A DNA stretch of 64,000 bases from Accumulibacter sp. (GTDB lineage: Bacteria; Pseudomonadota; Gammaproteobacteria; Burkholderiales; Rhodocyclaceae). Below the pieces are notes generated by a model, which was not told the origin of the DNA, made no database searches, and saw only the letters and a list, made by a program, of their open reading frames with translations. A program made the translations under genes and the position numbers. The DNA lies in the NCBI GenBank assembly GCA_031266435.1, contig JAISAZ010000103.1, forward strand, positions 16,119 through 80,118, written 5' to 3'. Position 1 is the stretch's first letter, and each line of letters begins with the position of its first letter. Positions 1-8,557 of the stretch are shown piece by piece.

Positions 1-25
1 ATCGGTTTTCATCTGATTCCTGTTT
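1..25 (-). repeat. Edge of a mosaic repeat cluster (AGGAATCAGATGAAAACCGAT module), continues beyond window start
   Basis: Reverse complement of 1-21 contains GGAATCAGATGAAAACCGAT, identical to 11223-11242 and nearly identical to the modules near 5471-5489 and 56288-56308. Confidence 0.8.
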
Positions 26-328
26 CTCCGGCAACGGCGACAAGATCGGCGCGGGGGTGACGGTATCCCCGTTTTCGAGGCGGTAAATCCACGCGAGCAG
101 TTCGGCGACGGCGAGGTAAAGCTGCGGCGGAATGCGCTGGTCGAGGTCGACCTGCAAGAGCAGGGAGACGAGTTCGGGCGATTCGTGGACATAGACGCCG
201 TGTTCGTGCGCGCGCGCGATGATCTGCTCCGCGACGACGCCACGCCCTTTGGCGACGACGCGGGGCGCGGCGTCGGTCTGCGAGTAGGTCAGCGCGACGG
301 CGCTTTTCTGCGAATCGCGCACGCTCAT
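2..328 (-). CDS. FlhB C-terminal-like (EscU/YscU/HrcU family) export switch protein; 3' end runs off the window
   Basis: Not in the ORF track; translated by hand from ATG at 328 (ATGA overlap with the upstream stop): MSVRDSQKSAVALTYSQTDAAPRVVAKGRGVVAEQIIARAHEHGVYVHESPELVSLLLQVDLDQRIPPQLYLAVAELLAWIYRLE. The VAL-Y..APRVVAKG..IP..LY.AVAE.LAW pattern is typical of the family. Confidence 0.85.
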   Translation of the reverse strand, partial: MSVRDSQKSAVALTYSQTDAAPRVVAKGRGVVAEQIIARAHEHGVYVHESPELVSLLLQVDLDQRIPPQLYLAVAELLAWIYRLENGDTVTPAPILSPLPEKQESDENR

Positions 329-1524
329 TCCTTTTCCATTTCAGCGTCGATGTCGATCGACGCGATGGCAAGCCCCGCCTCGCCCATCTGGCTTTGGAGC
401 GCGCCGCGCGCCGCGCGCATCTTGTCCCGCGTACCTGGTTTCGCCGCGTGCATCGAGAGCGAGACGTTCGACCCGCGAACGAGTATCCCGATGTCGATTT
501 CGCCGAGTTCGGGCAAATTCATCCGAAGGCGCGTCGACCAGCGCGCGGCGCCGTCGTCTTCGGCGCCGGCGGCGGCGTGGCGCTCCTCGTCGTCGTCGAT
601 CTCCCAGCGCATCGTCTGCCCGGGCCAGATGATTCCCTGCCACGCGAATTTCTGCGACGCGAGCGCTTCGAGCTGCTGCTGGACCAAGGTATGGAGAGAC
701 TGCGCGACGATCTGCTCGGGCGCGCGATCGCTCGTCGCGCGCGCGCCGGCGCGAGCTTCGTCCGGAGCGTCCTGACGCGCGGGCGCGAGTTTGGCCGCCT
801 CTTCCGAAGCGTCGGGTCGTGAAGATTGTGAAGCCTGCGCCGTCTGCGCCGCTTGTGTCGTTTGCGCCGTCTGAGCCGTCTGCGAGGCTTGAGCCGGCGT
901 CGTCGTCTGCTCCGCTTGCGCCGTCTGCGGGTCGGCGAACGCGGTAGGGGAGGAGAGCTTCCCCTGCGGTTCGCGCAGGAGCGCGGCCTGCGTAAAGCGT
1001 CCCTCGACCCATTCGGCTTGGTGCGACTCGTAAAACATCCCGCTCTGAACGATCGCCTGCTTCAAGAGGGGGATCAATTCCTGGCGACCGAGCGCGGGCG
1101 AAGGCGTCAGGGGGCGGTTTTCGTTGAGTGCCGGCGGCGCGGGGGCTTCGCCGCCCTCGCGTCCTCCGCCGCCCAAAAGTCGGGCGATGAGCTGCCCCGT
1201 GCGGCTCAGGTTCGCGGCCGCCGATTCGGCGCCCTTGGCCGCCTGCTCCGCGACGGCGAACGCGACCTTGCCGTTCGTCTCGGTGACGAACATTTCGAGC
1301 ACGTCGCCGCTTTTTGCGGAAAAAGGGAGCGCGAGCGTGACGTTCCGCTGGTTGATCAGCGCGCGGTAGGTTCCGTTGGGAAGGAAGGCCTGAATCTCGG
1401 CCATCACCTTCTGGCCCGGAACGAGGTCGGAGAGCTTGTCCGAAATCTCGACCGGCTGCGCGACCGGGCGGAGCGTCGGCTCGGCCGAAACTTGCAAACG
1501 GCTGACGACGTCGGGCGGGATCAT
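325..1524 (-). CDS. fliK: Flagellar hook-length control protein FliK-like
   Basis: C-terminal WQGIIWPGQTMRWEI...WSTRLRMNLPELGEI hook-length-control domain, low-complexity AQT-rich linker, adjacent to FlhB-like and fliT genes. Confidence 0.75.
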   Translation of the reverse strand: MIPPDVVSRLQVSAEPTLRPVAQPVEISDKLSDLVPGQKVMAEIQAFLPNGTYRALINQRNVTLALPFSAKSGDVLEMFVTETNGKVAFAVAEQAAKGAESAAANLSRTGQLIARLLGGGGREGGEAPAPPALNENRPLTPSPALGRQELIPLLKQAIVQSGMFYESHQAEWVEGRFTQAALLREPQGKLSSPTAFADPQTAQAEQTTTPAQASQTAQTAQTTQAAQTAQASQSSRPDASEEAAKLAPARQDAPDEARAGARATSDRAPEQIVAQSLHTLVQQQLEALASQKFAWQGIIWPGQTMRWEIDDDEERHAAAGAEDDGAARWSTRLRMNLPELGEIDIGILVRGSNVSLSMHAAKPGTRDKMRAARGALQSQMGEAGLAIASIDIDAEMEKE

Positions 1525-1610
1525 CGCCAGAGACGCTCAAGCAAGACTTTCTTCCCGCCGGGGAAGAAAGCGGATTCCTGGAAAAATCGATTCATCGTGC
1601 GCATTTTTTT

Positions 1611-1713
1611 ATTCCTTTTCCAGTTCGTTCATGCCGAGAAGACGAGCCGTAGACAGTACAGGTAGTACGGCAAGGCGAAGTCGACAAAGGAAGGGACGAT
1701 CTGGAAATGGAAT
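1611..1713. repeat. ~100-bp MITE/REP-like element with imperfect terminal inverted repeats (copy 1)
   Basis: Left ATTCCTTTTCCAGTTCGTTC and right GACGATCTGGAAATGGAAT are imperfect inverted repeats; the core CATGCCGAGAAGACGAGCCG.AGACAGTACA....AGTACGGCAAGGCGA recurs at 54127-54226. Confidence 0.85.
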
Positions 1714-1789
1714 CAAACGCTTTTCGGTCAAATCATGAACGAAAAACCCCCTCGCCTCCAAGCGCCGTGAACGAGGGCTGGGAAACGCG

Positions 1790-2113
1790 CTAACTTGGTA
1801 AAGCCTCCCGCCTCACAGCGACCGGGTGGCGTTCGAAGGAACTCAGCAGAGGGCGCACCTGATCCATCCACGTACTCGCCTGGTCGGAGATGAATTTCTG
1901 CCGGTCGAGAAGCGTTTCGATCAACTCGTGCGCCTCGGCGCGCTCGTCACCGACGAGAAGGTCGACGAGCGAAAGCCTCTTCAGGTCGGAAAAACGCGCC
2001 TCGGCCATCTGCCAGATCGTCCCGACGCCCTGCCAGTCGAAAACGTCGATCCGCTCGACCATCTCATCGTGGCACTGCTTGAGTTCCCTGAGCAAAAAGA
2101 GCGCTTGAGACAT
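1790..2113 (-). CDS. fliT: Flagellar protein FliT-like (start reassigned to ATG 2113)
   Basis: 107-aa helical protein MSQALFLLRELKQ...WQ...QVRPLL directly downstream of fliS; the longer ORF-track start overlaps fliS. Confidence 0.7.
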   Translation of the reverse strand: MSQALFLLRELKQCHDEMVERIDVFDWQGVGTIWQMAEARFSDLKRLSLVDLLVGDERAEAHELIETLLDRQKFISDQASTWMDQVRPLLSSFERHPVAVRREALPS

Positions 2114-2141
2114 GGCGGTCAAATTCGCGCGGCTCGATCGC

Positions 2142-2555
2142 CTAGGCCTTCGCCGGCTGCCCACCTTCGTCCCCGATGCTGGCCCAAGCGCCCTGTATGT
2201 CGGTGAGCAAGCCGAGAACCTCGTTGAGCGCGCCCCTGTCGTTGTGCATATTTGCGTGCAAGAGGCGACCGGCCATGTAATCGTAGAGCGCGTAGAGGTT
2301 CTGCGCGATCTCGCCGCCTTCTTCGAGGTTGAGCGACGCGCGCAGACCATTCAGGATGATGTCGATCGCCTTCGTGATCGACATCCCCTTTTTCGGAATG
2401 TCGCCTTCCTCCATCCCGGCGCGCGCGATGACGATCGCCTCGTGCGCGCCTTCGAAGAGCAGGAGGATCAGCTTGTGAGGGCTGGCGTTCTGAATCGACG
2501 TTTCGATGCTCACGCTACTGTAGGCCTGCGCGGGATTGGTCGTGGTTCCGAACAT
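2142..2555 (-). CDS. fliS: Flagellin export chaperone FliS
   Basis: AY..V..ET....ASPHKLILLLFEGA and GGEIAQNLYALYDYM motifs; follows fliD. Confidence 0.95.
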   Translation of the reverse strand: MFGTTTNPAQAYSSVSIETSIQNASPHKLILLLFEGAHEAIVIARAGMEEGDIPKKGMSITKAIDIILNGLRASLNLEEGGEIAQNLYALYDYMAGRLLHANMHNDRGALNEVLGLLTDIQGAWASIGDEGGQPAKA

Positions 2556-2570
2556 GCGAGTCGTCCTTTT

Positions 2571-3896
2571 TTAACGGGAAGACGACATATTACCCAACAT
2601 TGTGAGTTGTTGCGTCAAATAATTCGACGTCGACTGCATTTTGCTTATCAAGGTATCGAGCGCGGAGAACTGCTTGCGGTACTGCGCCTCGATTTTCTCG
2701 AGACGCGTGTTCAAGGTTTCCATCTGCGTATCGAGTAGTTTGGTGGACTGCTCAAGCCCTTTCGTTCGCGAGGTGACCGCTCCTTGGGCGCCGTTCAGGT
2801 TGGTTGCCAACGTGTCGAAAGCCGACCCGTACGCGGTCAGGCTCGCCGTGACCGCCGCCGAGTTCTTCTCGATCGCGGCGGTCAGCTTGGTAGCGTCGAG
2901 CGTCATCGTCCCGCCGGTCGACGAAGAAATACCCAGGTCGAAAAGATATTTGAGCGAAGGATCGACGCCGGCGGGGAGGGTCGAAGCGGCGTTCCGCACC
3001 TGGCTCATGAGCGAGCGGACGGTGCTGTCGCCGTTGAGGACGCCCGATGCGCCGTCGGCGTTGTATTGCGAGAGCGTCTTCAAGGTCGAGACGACGTTGT
3101 TGTATTCCTTGATGAAAGCCTCGGTCTTTTCGCGCAGGACCGAGCTGTCGGCGGAAACGTCGAGCCGCGTCGACCCGGTTTTCACCGCGCTGAGCGTGAC
3201 CCCCGTGATCGCGTTCTCGAAGCTGTTCGTCGCGCTCGAAACCTCGATTCCGTCGATTTTCACGATCGCGTCCTGTGCGGCGGACTGCTGAGTCATCGTA
3301 TTGCCGGTAGCGGAAGCGGGGTCGAACGTAAGCTCGTCGATTCCAGACATCTTGAACTCGTTGGCCTTGCCGGTCTCGTTACCGGTGACGACGAGTTGCT
3401 GGCCGTTACTGCCGTTGACGACGGTCGCGGTGACGCCGGCATTCGCCGAGTTGATCGCGCTCGCGACGGAAGAGAGCGAAGCGCCCGCGGCGATCGTGAC
3501 ATCCACGCCAGTGCCGCTCCCCGTCTGAATCGTCAGTTTGCCACCCGAAACGCTGGAAGAAGCGTCCGAGACGATTTTCTGCGCGCTTGCGATCTGCGTG
3601 ACGTCGACGTTGTAGCTCCCGCCGACCGCGCCCGTGGCGACGCTCGCCGTCGCGACCGACGTATCGGACGTCGTCGCCGTCAGCGCCGTCAGCTTTCTGG
3701 GGTCTTTCATCGCGCTCGCGGCGGTTTGCAAGGACGCGAGCGCGCTCTTGATCTGGCCGAGCGCCGAAATCTGGTTGTTATACGTGTTCTGCTTCGTTTG
3801 CAGGGCGGTCAAGGGCTTTTTCTCGACCGCCATCAATTTCGTGATGAGGCCCTCGAGGTCCAGCCCCGAACCGACGCCTAGTGAAGAAATAGCCAT
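2571..3896 (-). CDS. fliD: Flagellar filament cap protein FliD
   Basis: N-terminus MAISSLGVGSGLDL, C-terminus YRKQFSALDTLISKMQSTSNYLTQQL. Confidence 0.96.
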   Translation of the reverse strand: MAISSLGVGSGLDLEGLITKLMAVEKKPLTALQTKQNTYNNQISALGQIKSALASLQTAASAMKDPRKLTALTATTSDTSVATASVATGAVGGSYNVDVTQIASAQKIVSDASSSVSGGKLTIQTGSGTGVDVTIAAGASLSSVASAINSANAGVTATVVNGSNGQQLVVTGNETGKANEFKMSGIDELTFDPASATGNTMTQQSAAQDAIVKIDGIEVSSATNSFENAITGVTLSAVKTGSTRLDVSADSSVLREKTEAFIKEYNNVVSTLKTLSQYNADGASGVLNGDSTVRSLMSQVRNAASTLPAGVDPSLKYLFDLGISSSTGGTMTLDATKLTAAIEKNSAAVTASLTAYGSAFDTLATNLNGAQGAVTSRTKGLEQSTKLLDTQMETLNTRLEKIEAQYRKQFSALDTLISKMQSTSNYLTQQLTMLGNMSSSR

Positions 3897-3921
3897 CGTT
3901 CTCTCCTTTCAAACGTGTGTT

Positions 3922-4377
3922 TCAGGCCTTGTTCTTGATGAAAAGCCCCTGCAAGCGGTCAAGCGCGCGCGAAATATCAAGCATCTCTTCCGTAGGAATC
4001 TGGCGTATGACGTCCTTCGTCCCTCGGTCGATAATCTTGATGACCGTGACGCCGCTTTCCTCGTCGATCGAAAAATTGATGTCGCTCGCGGCCACACTGA
4101 TGAACTTTTCGATCTTGTCCAATGCCGATTGTAACGCATCGCGCGAGGTTTGCGAGGCTTGATCCTCGGCACGCGCGTCCTGCGCCGGATTGAGCGGGGC
4201 GGACTGGTTTTCGGACACTCTGTTGCTGGCGCCGCTCGGCGCACCCGCGCTGTCGGAACGGACAAGCGGCGGCGCGACGGCCTGCCGGGTGTTTTCGCCG
4301 GCGGGTTTTTCCGGGCGAGCGACAGGCGGCGCGTAAGCCTGGGCGGACGTTACGCGGGTGATGTCGCTGATGTTCAT
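3922..4377 (-). CDS. flaG: Flagellar protein FlaG
   Basis: C-terminal FSIDEESGVTVIKIIDRGTKDVIRQIPTEEML motif; between fliC and fliD. Confidence 0.9.
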   Translation of the reverse strand: MNISDITRVTSAQAYAPPVARPEKPAGENTRQAVAPPLVRSDSAGAPSGASNRVSENQSAPLNPAQDARAEDQASQTSRDALQSALDKIEKFISVAASDINFSIDEESGVTVIKIIDRGTKDVIRQIPTEEMLDISRALDRLQGLFIKNKA

Positions 4378-4405
4378 TTCAAACTCTCCTTTGTCTTGGG
4401 CAAAG

Positions 4406-4451
4406 CCCCGGCGCGGCGAGTGTTGCGAATGTTACAAGTACCGCGCCGGGG
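4406..4451 (-). terminator. GC-rich stem-loop between fliC and flaG (possible attenuating terminator or mRNA-stabilising stem)
   Basis: CCCCGGCGCGG (4406-4416) pairs perfectly with CCGCGCCGGGG (4441-4451), 24-nt loop, only a short CTTT tail on the minus strand. Confidence 0.4.
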
Positions 4452-4490
4452 AGAATTCGCCTCAAGGATACTGGAATCCTCCGTCCGTCA

Positions 4491-5288
4491 TTACCTCAAG
4501 AGCGAAAGCACGTTTTGCGGGAGCGTATTCGCCTGCGCGACCATCGCGACGCCCGATTGTTGCAGGATTTGCGCGCGCGACAAATTCGCGGTTTCGGCTG
4601 CAAAGTCGGCGTCCATGATGCGGCTCTTGGCGGCAGTCTGATTCTCGCGCGCGGCTTCGAGGTATTGCCCCGTATAGGCCAGACGGCTCTGGACTGCGCC
4701 GATGTTGGCGCGGCTTTTCGAGACATCAGCGAGCATCGACTCAATCACCGACAGCGCGGACCCAGCGGCACCAGCATCGATTACCGAAAGGTCGCTTACT
4801 GAAACGCTGTCAAATGTCGCCGTAATGCTTTGCTCATAATTTGCGCCAACCTGGAAGGTATATCCGGCCGATAGATAAACGTTCTGATTATTGAGTTCGG
4901 CAACGCTTTGCATCCGATTGGCTTCCGCAATCAGTTGCGTGAATTCTACGTTGATCATCGAACGTTCAGTGTCAGAAATCGTTCCGTTCAATGCCTGCGT
5001 CGCGAGGTCGCGCATCCGCAAGAGTTGGTCGGTCACGACTTCGAGCGCCTTGTCGGCGGTTTGCGCGAAGGAAATCCCGTCGTTCACGTTGCGCATCGCG
5101 ACGGTCAGCCCACGAACCTGCGCTTCCATTTTCGTCGCGACGGCGAGACCCGCCGCGTCGTCCATCGCGGAATTGACACGAAGACCCGACGAGAGGCGTT
5201 CGAGCGCGGTTGACATCGCGCCTTGGCTCTTGTTCAGGTAACGTTGCGAATTGAGCGACATTATATTTGTGTTGATGATTTGGGGCAT
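4491..5288 (-). CDS. fliC: Flagellin, short form (265 aa)
   Basis: MPQIINTNIMSLNSQRYL...LSSGLRVNSAMDDAAGLA N-terminus; SRIMDADFAAETANLSRAQILQQSG..M.AQAN..PQNVLSLLR C-terminus. Confidence 0.97.
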   Translation of the reverse strand: MPQIINTNIMSLNSQRYLNKSQGAMSTALERLSSGLRVNSAMDDAAGLAVATKMEAQVRGLTVAMRNVNDGISFAQTADKALEVVTDQLLRMRDLATQALNGTISDTERSMINVEFTQLIAEANRMQSVAELNNQNVYLSAGYTFQVGANYEQSITATFDSVSVSDLSVIDAGAAGSALSVIESMLADVSKSRANIGAVQSRLAYTGQYLEAARENQTAAKSRIMDADFAAETANLSRAQILQQSGVAMVAQANTLPQNVLSLLR

Positions 5289-5376
5289 TACTGACTCCTT
5301 GAGGTTGATTGAACCAACGCGCCGACGCCGAGCGTGGCGCTTTCATTATTCGCGGATTTTCGATCCGTTGGAGATG

Positions 5377-5403
5377 CTAACGGTAGAATACCAGAAAACT
5401 TTA
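5377..5403 (-). promoter_or_regulatory. Sigma-28 (FliA) promoter of fliC
   Basis: Minus strand TAAAGTTT-N11-ACCGTTAG versus consensus TAAAGTTT-N11-GCCGATAA, about 90 bp upstream of the fliC ATG. Confidence 0.8.
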
Positions 5404-5420
5404 GGGGTTTTTGATATCCC

Positions 5421-5830
5421 GTACAGGTTGGTGGTGAGCGCATCATCAGGGATCAGATGTCAGGTATCAGGGATCAGATGAAAACCGATTTCAACCGCGA
5501 AAGGCGCGAAAGTCTTTGTAGGGGCACGGCACGCCGTGCCCTATCGGCGGTATAGGTTGGGGTGAGCGAAGCGATGCCCAACGTTCCGTGTTCGCATGAA
5601 TGATGGAGAGGGCAGGGGAATTCTCCATGTAGGGGCGAACCTATGTGTTCGCCCAATATCCGGGCAGACACGCAGGTCTGCCCCTACGTGGCAATCGACG
5701 ACGCGCGGACGGTTGACGCCGCTTTTGCGGGAATGATGCCGATCCTGAAATGGCTTGCGCTTCGCGCAAGCGAGATGTTGGGCATCGCTCCGCTCACCCC
5801 AACCTATACCAACCCATACCCACCCCAACG
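5421..5830. repeat. Mosaic repeat cluster C1
   Basis: Heptamer array (ATCAGGG/ATCAGAT); nonamer arm AACCGCGAAAGGCGCGAAAG 5493-5512; REP-B GTAGGGGCACGGCACGCCGTGCCC 5518-5541; REP-A 5551-5582 (+) and 5777-5808 (-); inverted REP-C pair 5629-5654 / 5662-5687; hairpin GCTTGCGCTTCGCGCAAGC. Confidence 0.9.
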
Positions 5831-5908
5831 TATGCGACCATCAAGCGGGAATGCCACAATGAGAATTGTGAGACAATCGAAAAAATTTTTTTCCGACAAG
5901 GAATCAAA

Positions 5909-8557
5909 ATGAATGCGTGCAAGCCGGAACCATCCGCCGAGCAGCCCGACGCGATGAAGCGCGCTACGGCGTTTTTTGAGTCGGGTGAATTCGCCGAAGC
6001 CGAGCGCCTCGCGCGAGAAATCTGCGCCGCGAACCCGACTGACGAAAACGCCCTGCGCTTTCTCGCGCAGGCCGTCTACGAGCAGGGGCGTATTGAGGAA
6101 GCGGTCGGCTTGATCGGGGACGTGTTGAAACTCAACCCGATGCGCTCGGCGTACCACAACGACCTCGGCGCGATGCTCGCGGCCTTGAAGCGCTGGCCCG
6201 AGGCCGAAGCCGCGTACCGGATGGCGAAGGTTCTCGACCCGCACAATCCCGACGCGCCTTTCAATTTGGCGATTGCGCTTTCGAACCAGAACAAAAACGA
6301 CGCGGCCTTGCGCGAGCTCGAGTCGCTCGAAAATGTACAGCCTGATTTCGCCGATGCCTACGCCTTGCGCGGGAAAATTCTGTCGAGTGAGGGGCGTTAC
6401 GACGAAGCCGCCGACGTGTTTTCAAAAGCGATCGCACACGGACTTGATAATGCTGACGTTTATGCTGACCTCGGAGTCGCGCTTTTTCGCGCTGGACGAC
6501 GCGAAGAAGCGCTCGAGACCTTGTTCGAATCGGGAAAAATCGACCCCGAAAGCGCGATGGCGAATTGCTGTATGGGTGAGTTGATGCACGAAAAAGGAGA
6601 TATCGCAAAAGCGCGGTGCTACTTTGAAAAGGCGCTCGAAATCGACCCAAGCCTTGCTGTGGTGCGCAATAATCTCGGTGTGATTCTCCAGAAGGAAGGC
6701 GATTTTTTGCGCGCCGAGGCCGAGTTTTCGCGCGCGATCGAGTTCGACCCTGAAATGGCTGCTGCCTACGTCAACCTCGGCAACTGCCAGAATCGCCGGG
6801 GCAGGCGCGAAGACGCGCGCGCGTCTTTTCAACGCGCAATCGAGATTGATCCATACGACCCTGGAACGTGGAATAACCTTGCGTTGCTATTTTACGGCGA
6901 ACGGCGTTTCGACAAAGCCGAGGCGACGTTTCAACAAGCGCTATCGGTGAGGCCCGATTCGCCGCTGGTAAAATTCAACTACGGTGTGATGCGGCTTTCG
7001 CTCGGCGACTTCGAGGCCGGGTGGGAGGAATACGAGCAACGCCACGCGCTCAAAGCGAGAGAAAACAAAGGCGTTCACCCCTCGCACTCGAAATTCGATT
7101 GCCCTGAATGGGACGGTGAGCCACTTGATGGCAAGGGTCTTTTCGTCGACACCGAGCAGGGTTTGGGCGACAGCATCCAGTTCGTCCGCTACTTCGGCAC
7201 GTTGCGCGCGCGCTACCCGTCCGCGCGCCTTTTTTTCAGGTGTTATTTTCACTTGGCGCGCCTTTTTTTGCTCGTCGCGGTGAAATACGGCGTCACGATC
7301 ATTTGGAATACAGACCAATACGAGGAGAATAAAGGGGATTGGGATTTTTTTGTTCCCCTGATGTCGATTCCCAGGCATCTCGCGGGGACAAGGTTGACGA
7401 TCCCTGCCGACGTGCCGTATTTAGGCCTGCCCGACGCCTTCATCTCACAATGGGGTGCACGTCTCTCCACGCTCGTCGGAAAAAAGGTAGGCGTCGTCTG
7501 GTCGGGGAGCGAAGGCTACGTGGCAGCGGGTCGCCGCAATATGACGATATCGCAGTTTGCGCCGCTCTTCGACATCCCCGGAATATCGTGGGTCTCGTTG
7601 CAAAAACTGCCGAAAGGCGACGCGCGCGGAGAGATCGACACCGAAGGTCTTTCGACGAAGATTTTCGACCCGATGCCTGAGGTGAAAGACTTCGCCGATA
7701 CGGCGGCGATCGTCGCGAACCTCGACCTCGTGATCAGCGTCGATACGGCGGTGCTCCACCTCGCTGGCGCGATGGGCGTCGCGGTCTGGCTCATGAACCG
7801 CTTCGATACCGACTGGCGCTGGGAGTACGACTCTTCGGACAGCCTCTGGTACCCGACGATGCGAATCTTCCGCCAGAAGACTTCCGGTGAATGGGCGCCG
7901 GTCGTCACCGAGGTAGCCGACGCTTTGAAAAAATGGGTCGACGCCGACGCGAGCGAGGCGACGTGGGTGCTCATCGAGCCGCCGAGAGCGGATGCGGCGT
8001 TCAACGTCGCGCTCGCGCTCTCGAAAGAAGGGAAGGCCGACGAAGCCCTGCGCGTCCTCGATATCCTGGAAAAAAAATACCCAGAATTCGCGTGGCAATT
8101 CGCACTGCGCGGGAAGATCTATCGTGCGGAAAAACGCGCCGAGGATGCCGTCGAAGCGCTGTCGTGCGCGGTCGCGCTCGGGATCGAAGCGCCGAGCGTC
8201 GTCACGCAGCTCGGTCTGGCGCTTGCGGACGCCGGCCTGGACGACGAGGCGTTCAAAGTGCTCGCCGAATCGGGCAAGGCCGATGCCGAAGACCCTGCCG
8301 TCAATCATTGCCTCGGCGTTCTCCTGAGGAGGCGCGGTAAAACCGACGAGGCGCGCCGCTATTTTGAAATGGCCATCGTCGCGGACCCGACCTTTACGGA
8401 AGCCCTCGAAGCTCTGGGCGAACTCCTGTGCGCGGCGGGCGATGTGGCGGCGAGTGATGCCGCATTCGCGCGCAGGGACGAAGTTAGCGCGAGCCGCGCG
8501 CGTTATCGCGCGGCGCTCGAAGACTACGCGGCGGCGATTTTCGGCCTCGTGCGCTGA
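5909..8557 (+). CDS. TPR-repeat glycosyltransferase (GT9/heptosyltransferase-like catalytic domain)
   Basis: Many TPRs, then EQGLGDSIQF, VGVVWSG, WVSLQK, DFADTAAIVANLDLVISVDTAVLHLAGAMG, DWRW, WYPTMRIFRQ. Start moved to ATG 5909 because the upstream in-frame part is repeat-derived. Confidence 0.85.
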   Translation: MNACKPEPSAEQPDAMKRATAFFESGEFAEAERLAREICAANPTDENALRFLAQAVYEQGRIEEAVGLIGDVLKLNPMRSAYHNDLGAMLAALKRWPEAEAAYRMAKVLDPHNPDAPFNLAIALSNQNKNDAALRELESLENVQPDFADAYALRGKILSSEGRYDEAADVFSKAIAHGLDNADVYADLGVALFRAGRREEALETLFESGKIDPESAMANCCMGELMHEKGDIAKARCYFEKALEIDPSLAVVRNNLGVILQKEGDFLRAEAEFSRAIEFDPEMAAAYVNLGNCQNRRGRREDARASFQRAIEIDPYDPGTWNNLALLFYGERRFDKAEATFQQALSVRPDSPLVKFNYGVMRLSLGDFEAGWEEYEQRHALKARENKGVHPSHSKFDCPEWDGEPLDGKGLFVDTEQGLGDSIQFVRYFGTLRARYPSARLFFRCYFHLARLFLLVAVKYGVTIIWNTDQYEENKGDWDFFVPLMSIPRHLAGTRLTIPADVPYLGLPDAFISQWGARLSTLVGKKVGVVWSGSEGYVAAGRRNMTISQFAPLFDIPGISWVSLQKLPKGDARGEIDTEGLSTKIFDPMPEVKDFADTAAIVANLDLVISVDTAVLHLAGAMGVAVWLMNRFDTDWRWEYDSSDSLWYPTMRIFRQKTSGEWAPVVTEVADALKKWVDADASEATWVLIEPPRADAAFNVALALSKEGKADEALRVLDILEKKYPEFAWQFALRGKIYRAEKRAEDAVEALSCAVALGIEAPSVVTQLGLALADAGLDDEAFKVLAESGKADAEDPAVNHCLGVLLRRRGKTDEARRYFEMAIVADPTFTEALEALGELLCAAGDVAASDAAFARRDEVSASRARYRAALEDYAAAIFGLVR

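Noticed and set aside
830-930. 9-bp tandem repeats (AQT) in the fliK-like gene
   Set aside because: Low-complexity linkers are normal in FliK-type ruler proteins.
1748-1775. Possible intrinsic terminator after fliT
   Set aside because: Only a 6-bp stem (CCCTCG/CGAGGG) with a long loop and a short U-tract; too weak to call.
5474-5912. Short ORFs sharing the peptide IGWGERSDAQHLACAKRKPFQ (also near 55392 and 56111), and the 5750 start of the TPR gene
   Set aside because: These are translations of the repeat modules, not a protein family; a better start exists at 5909.
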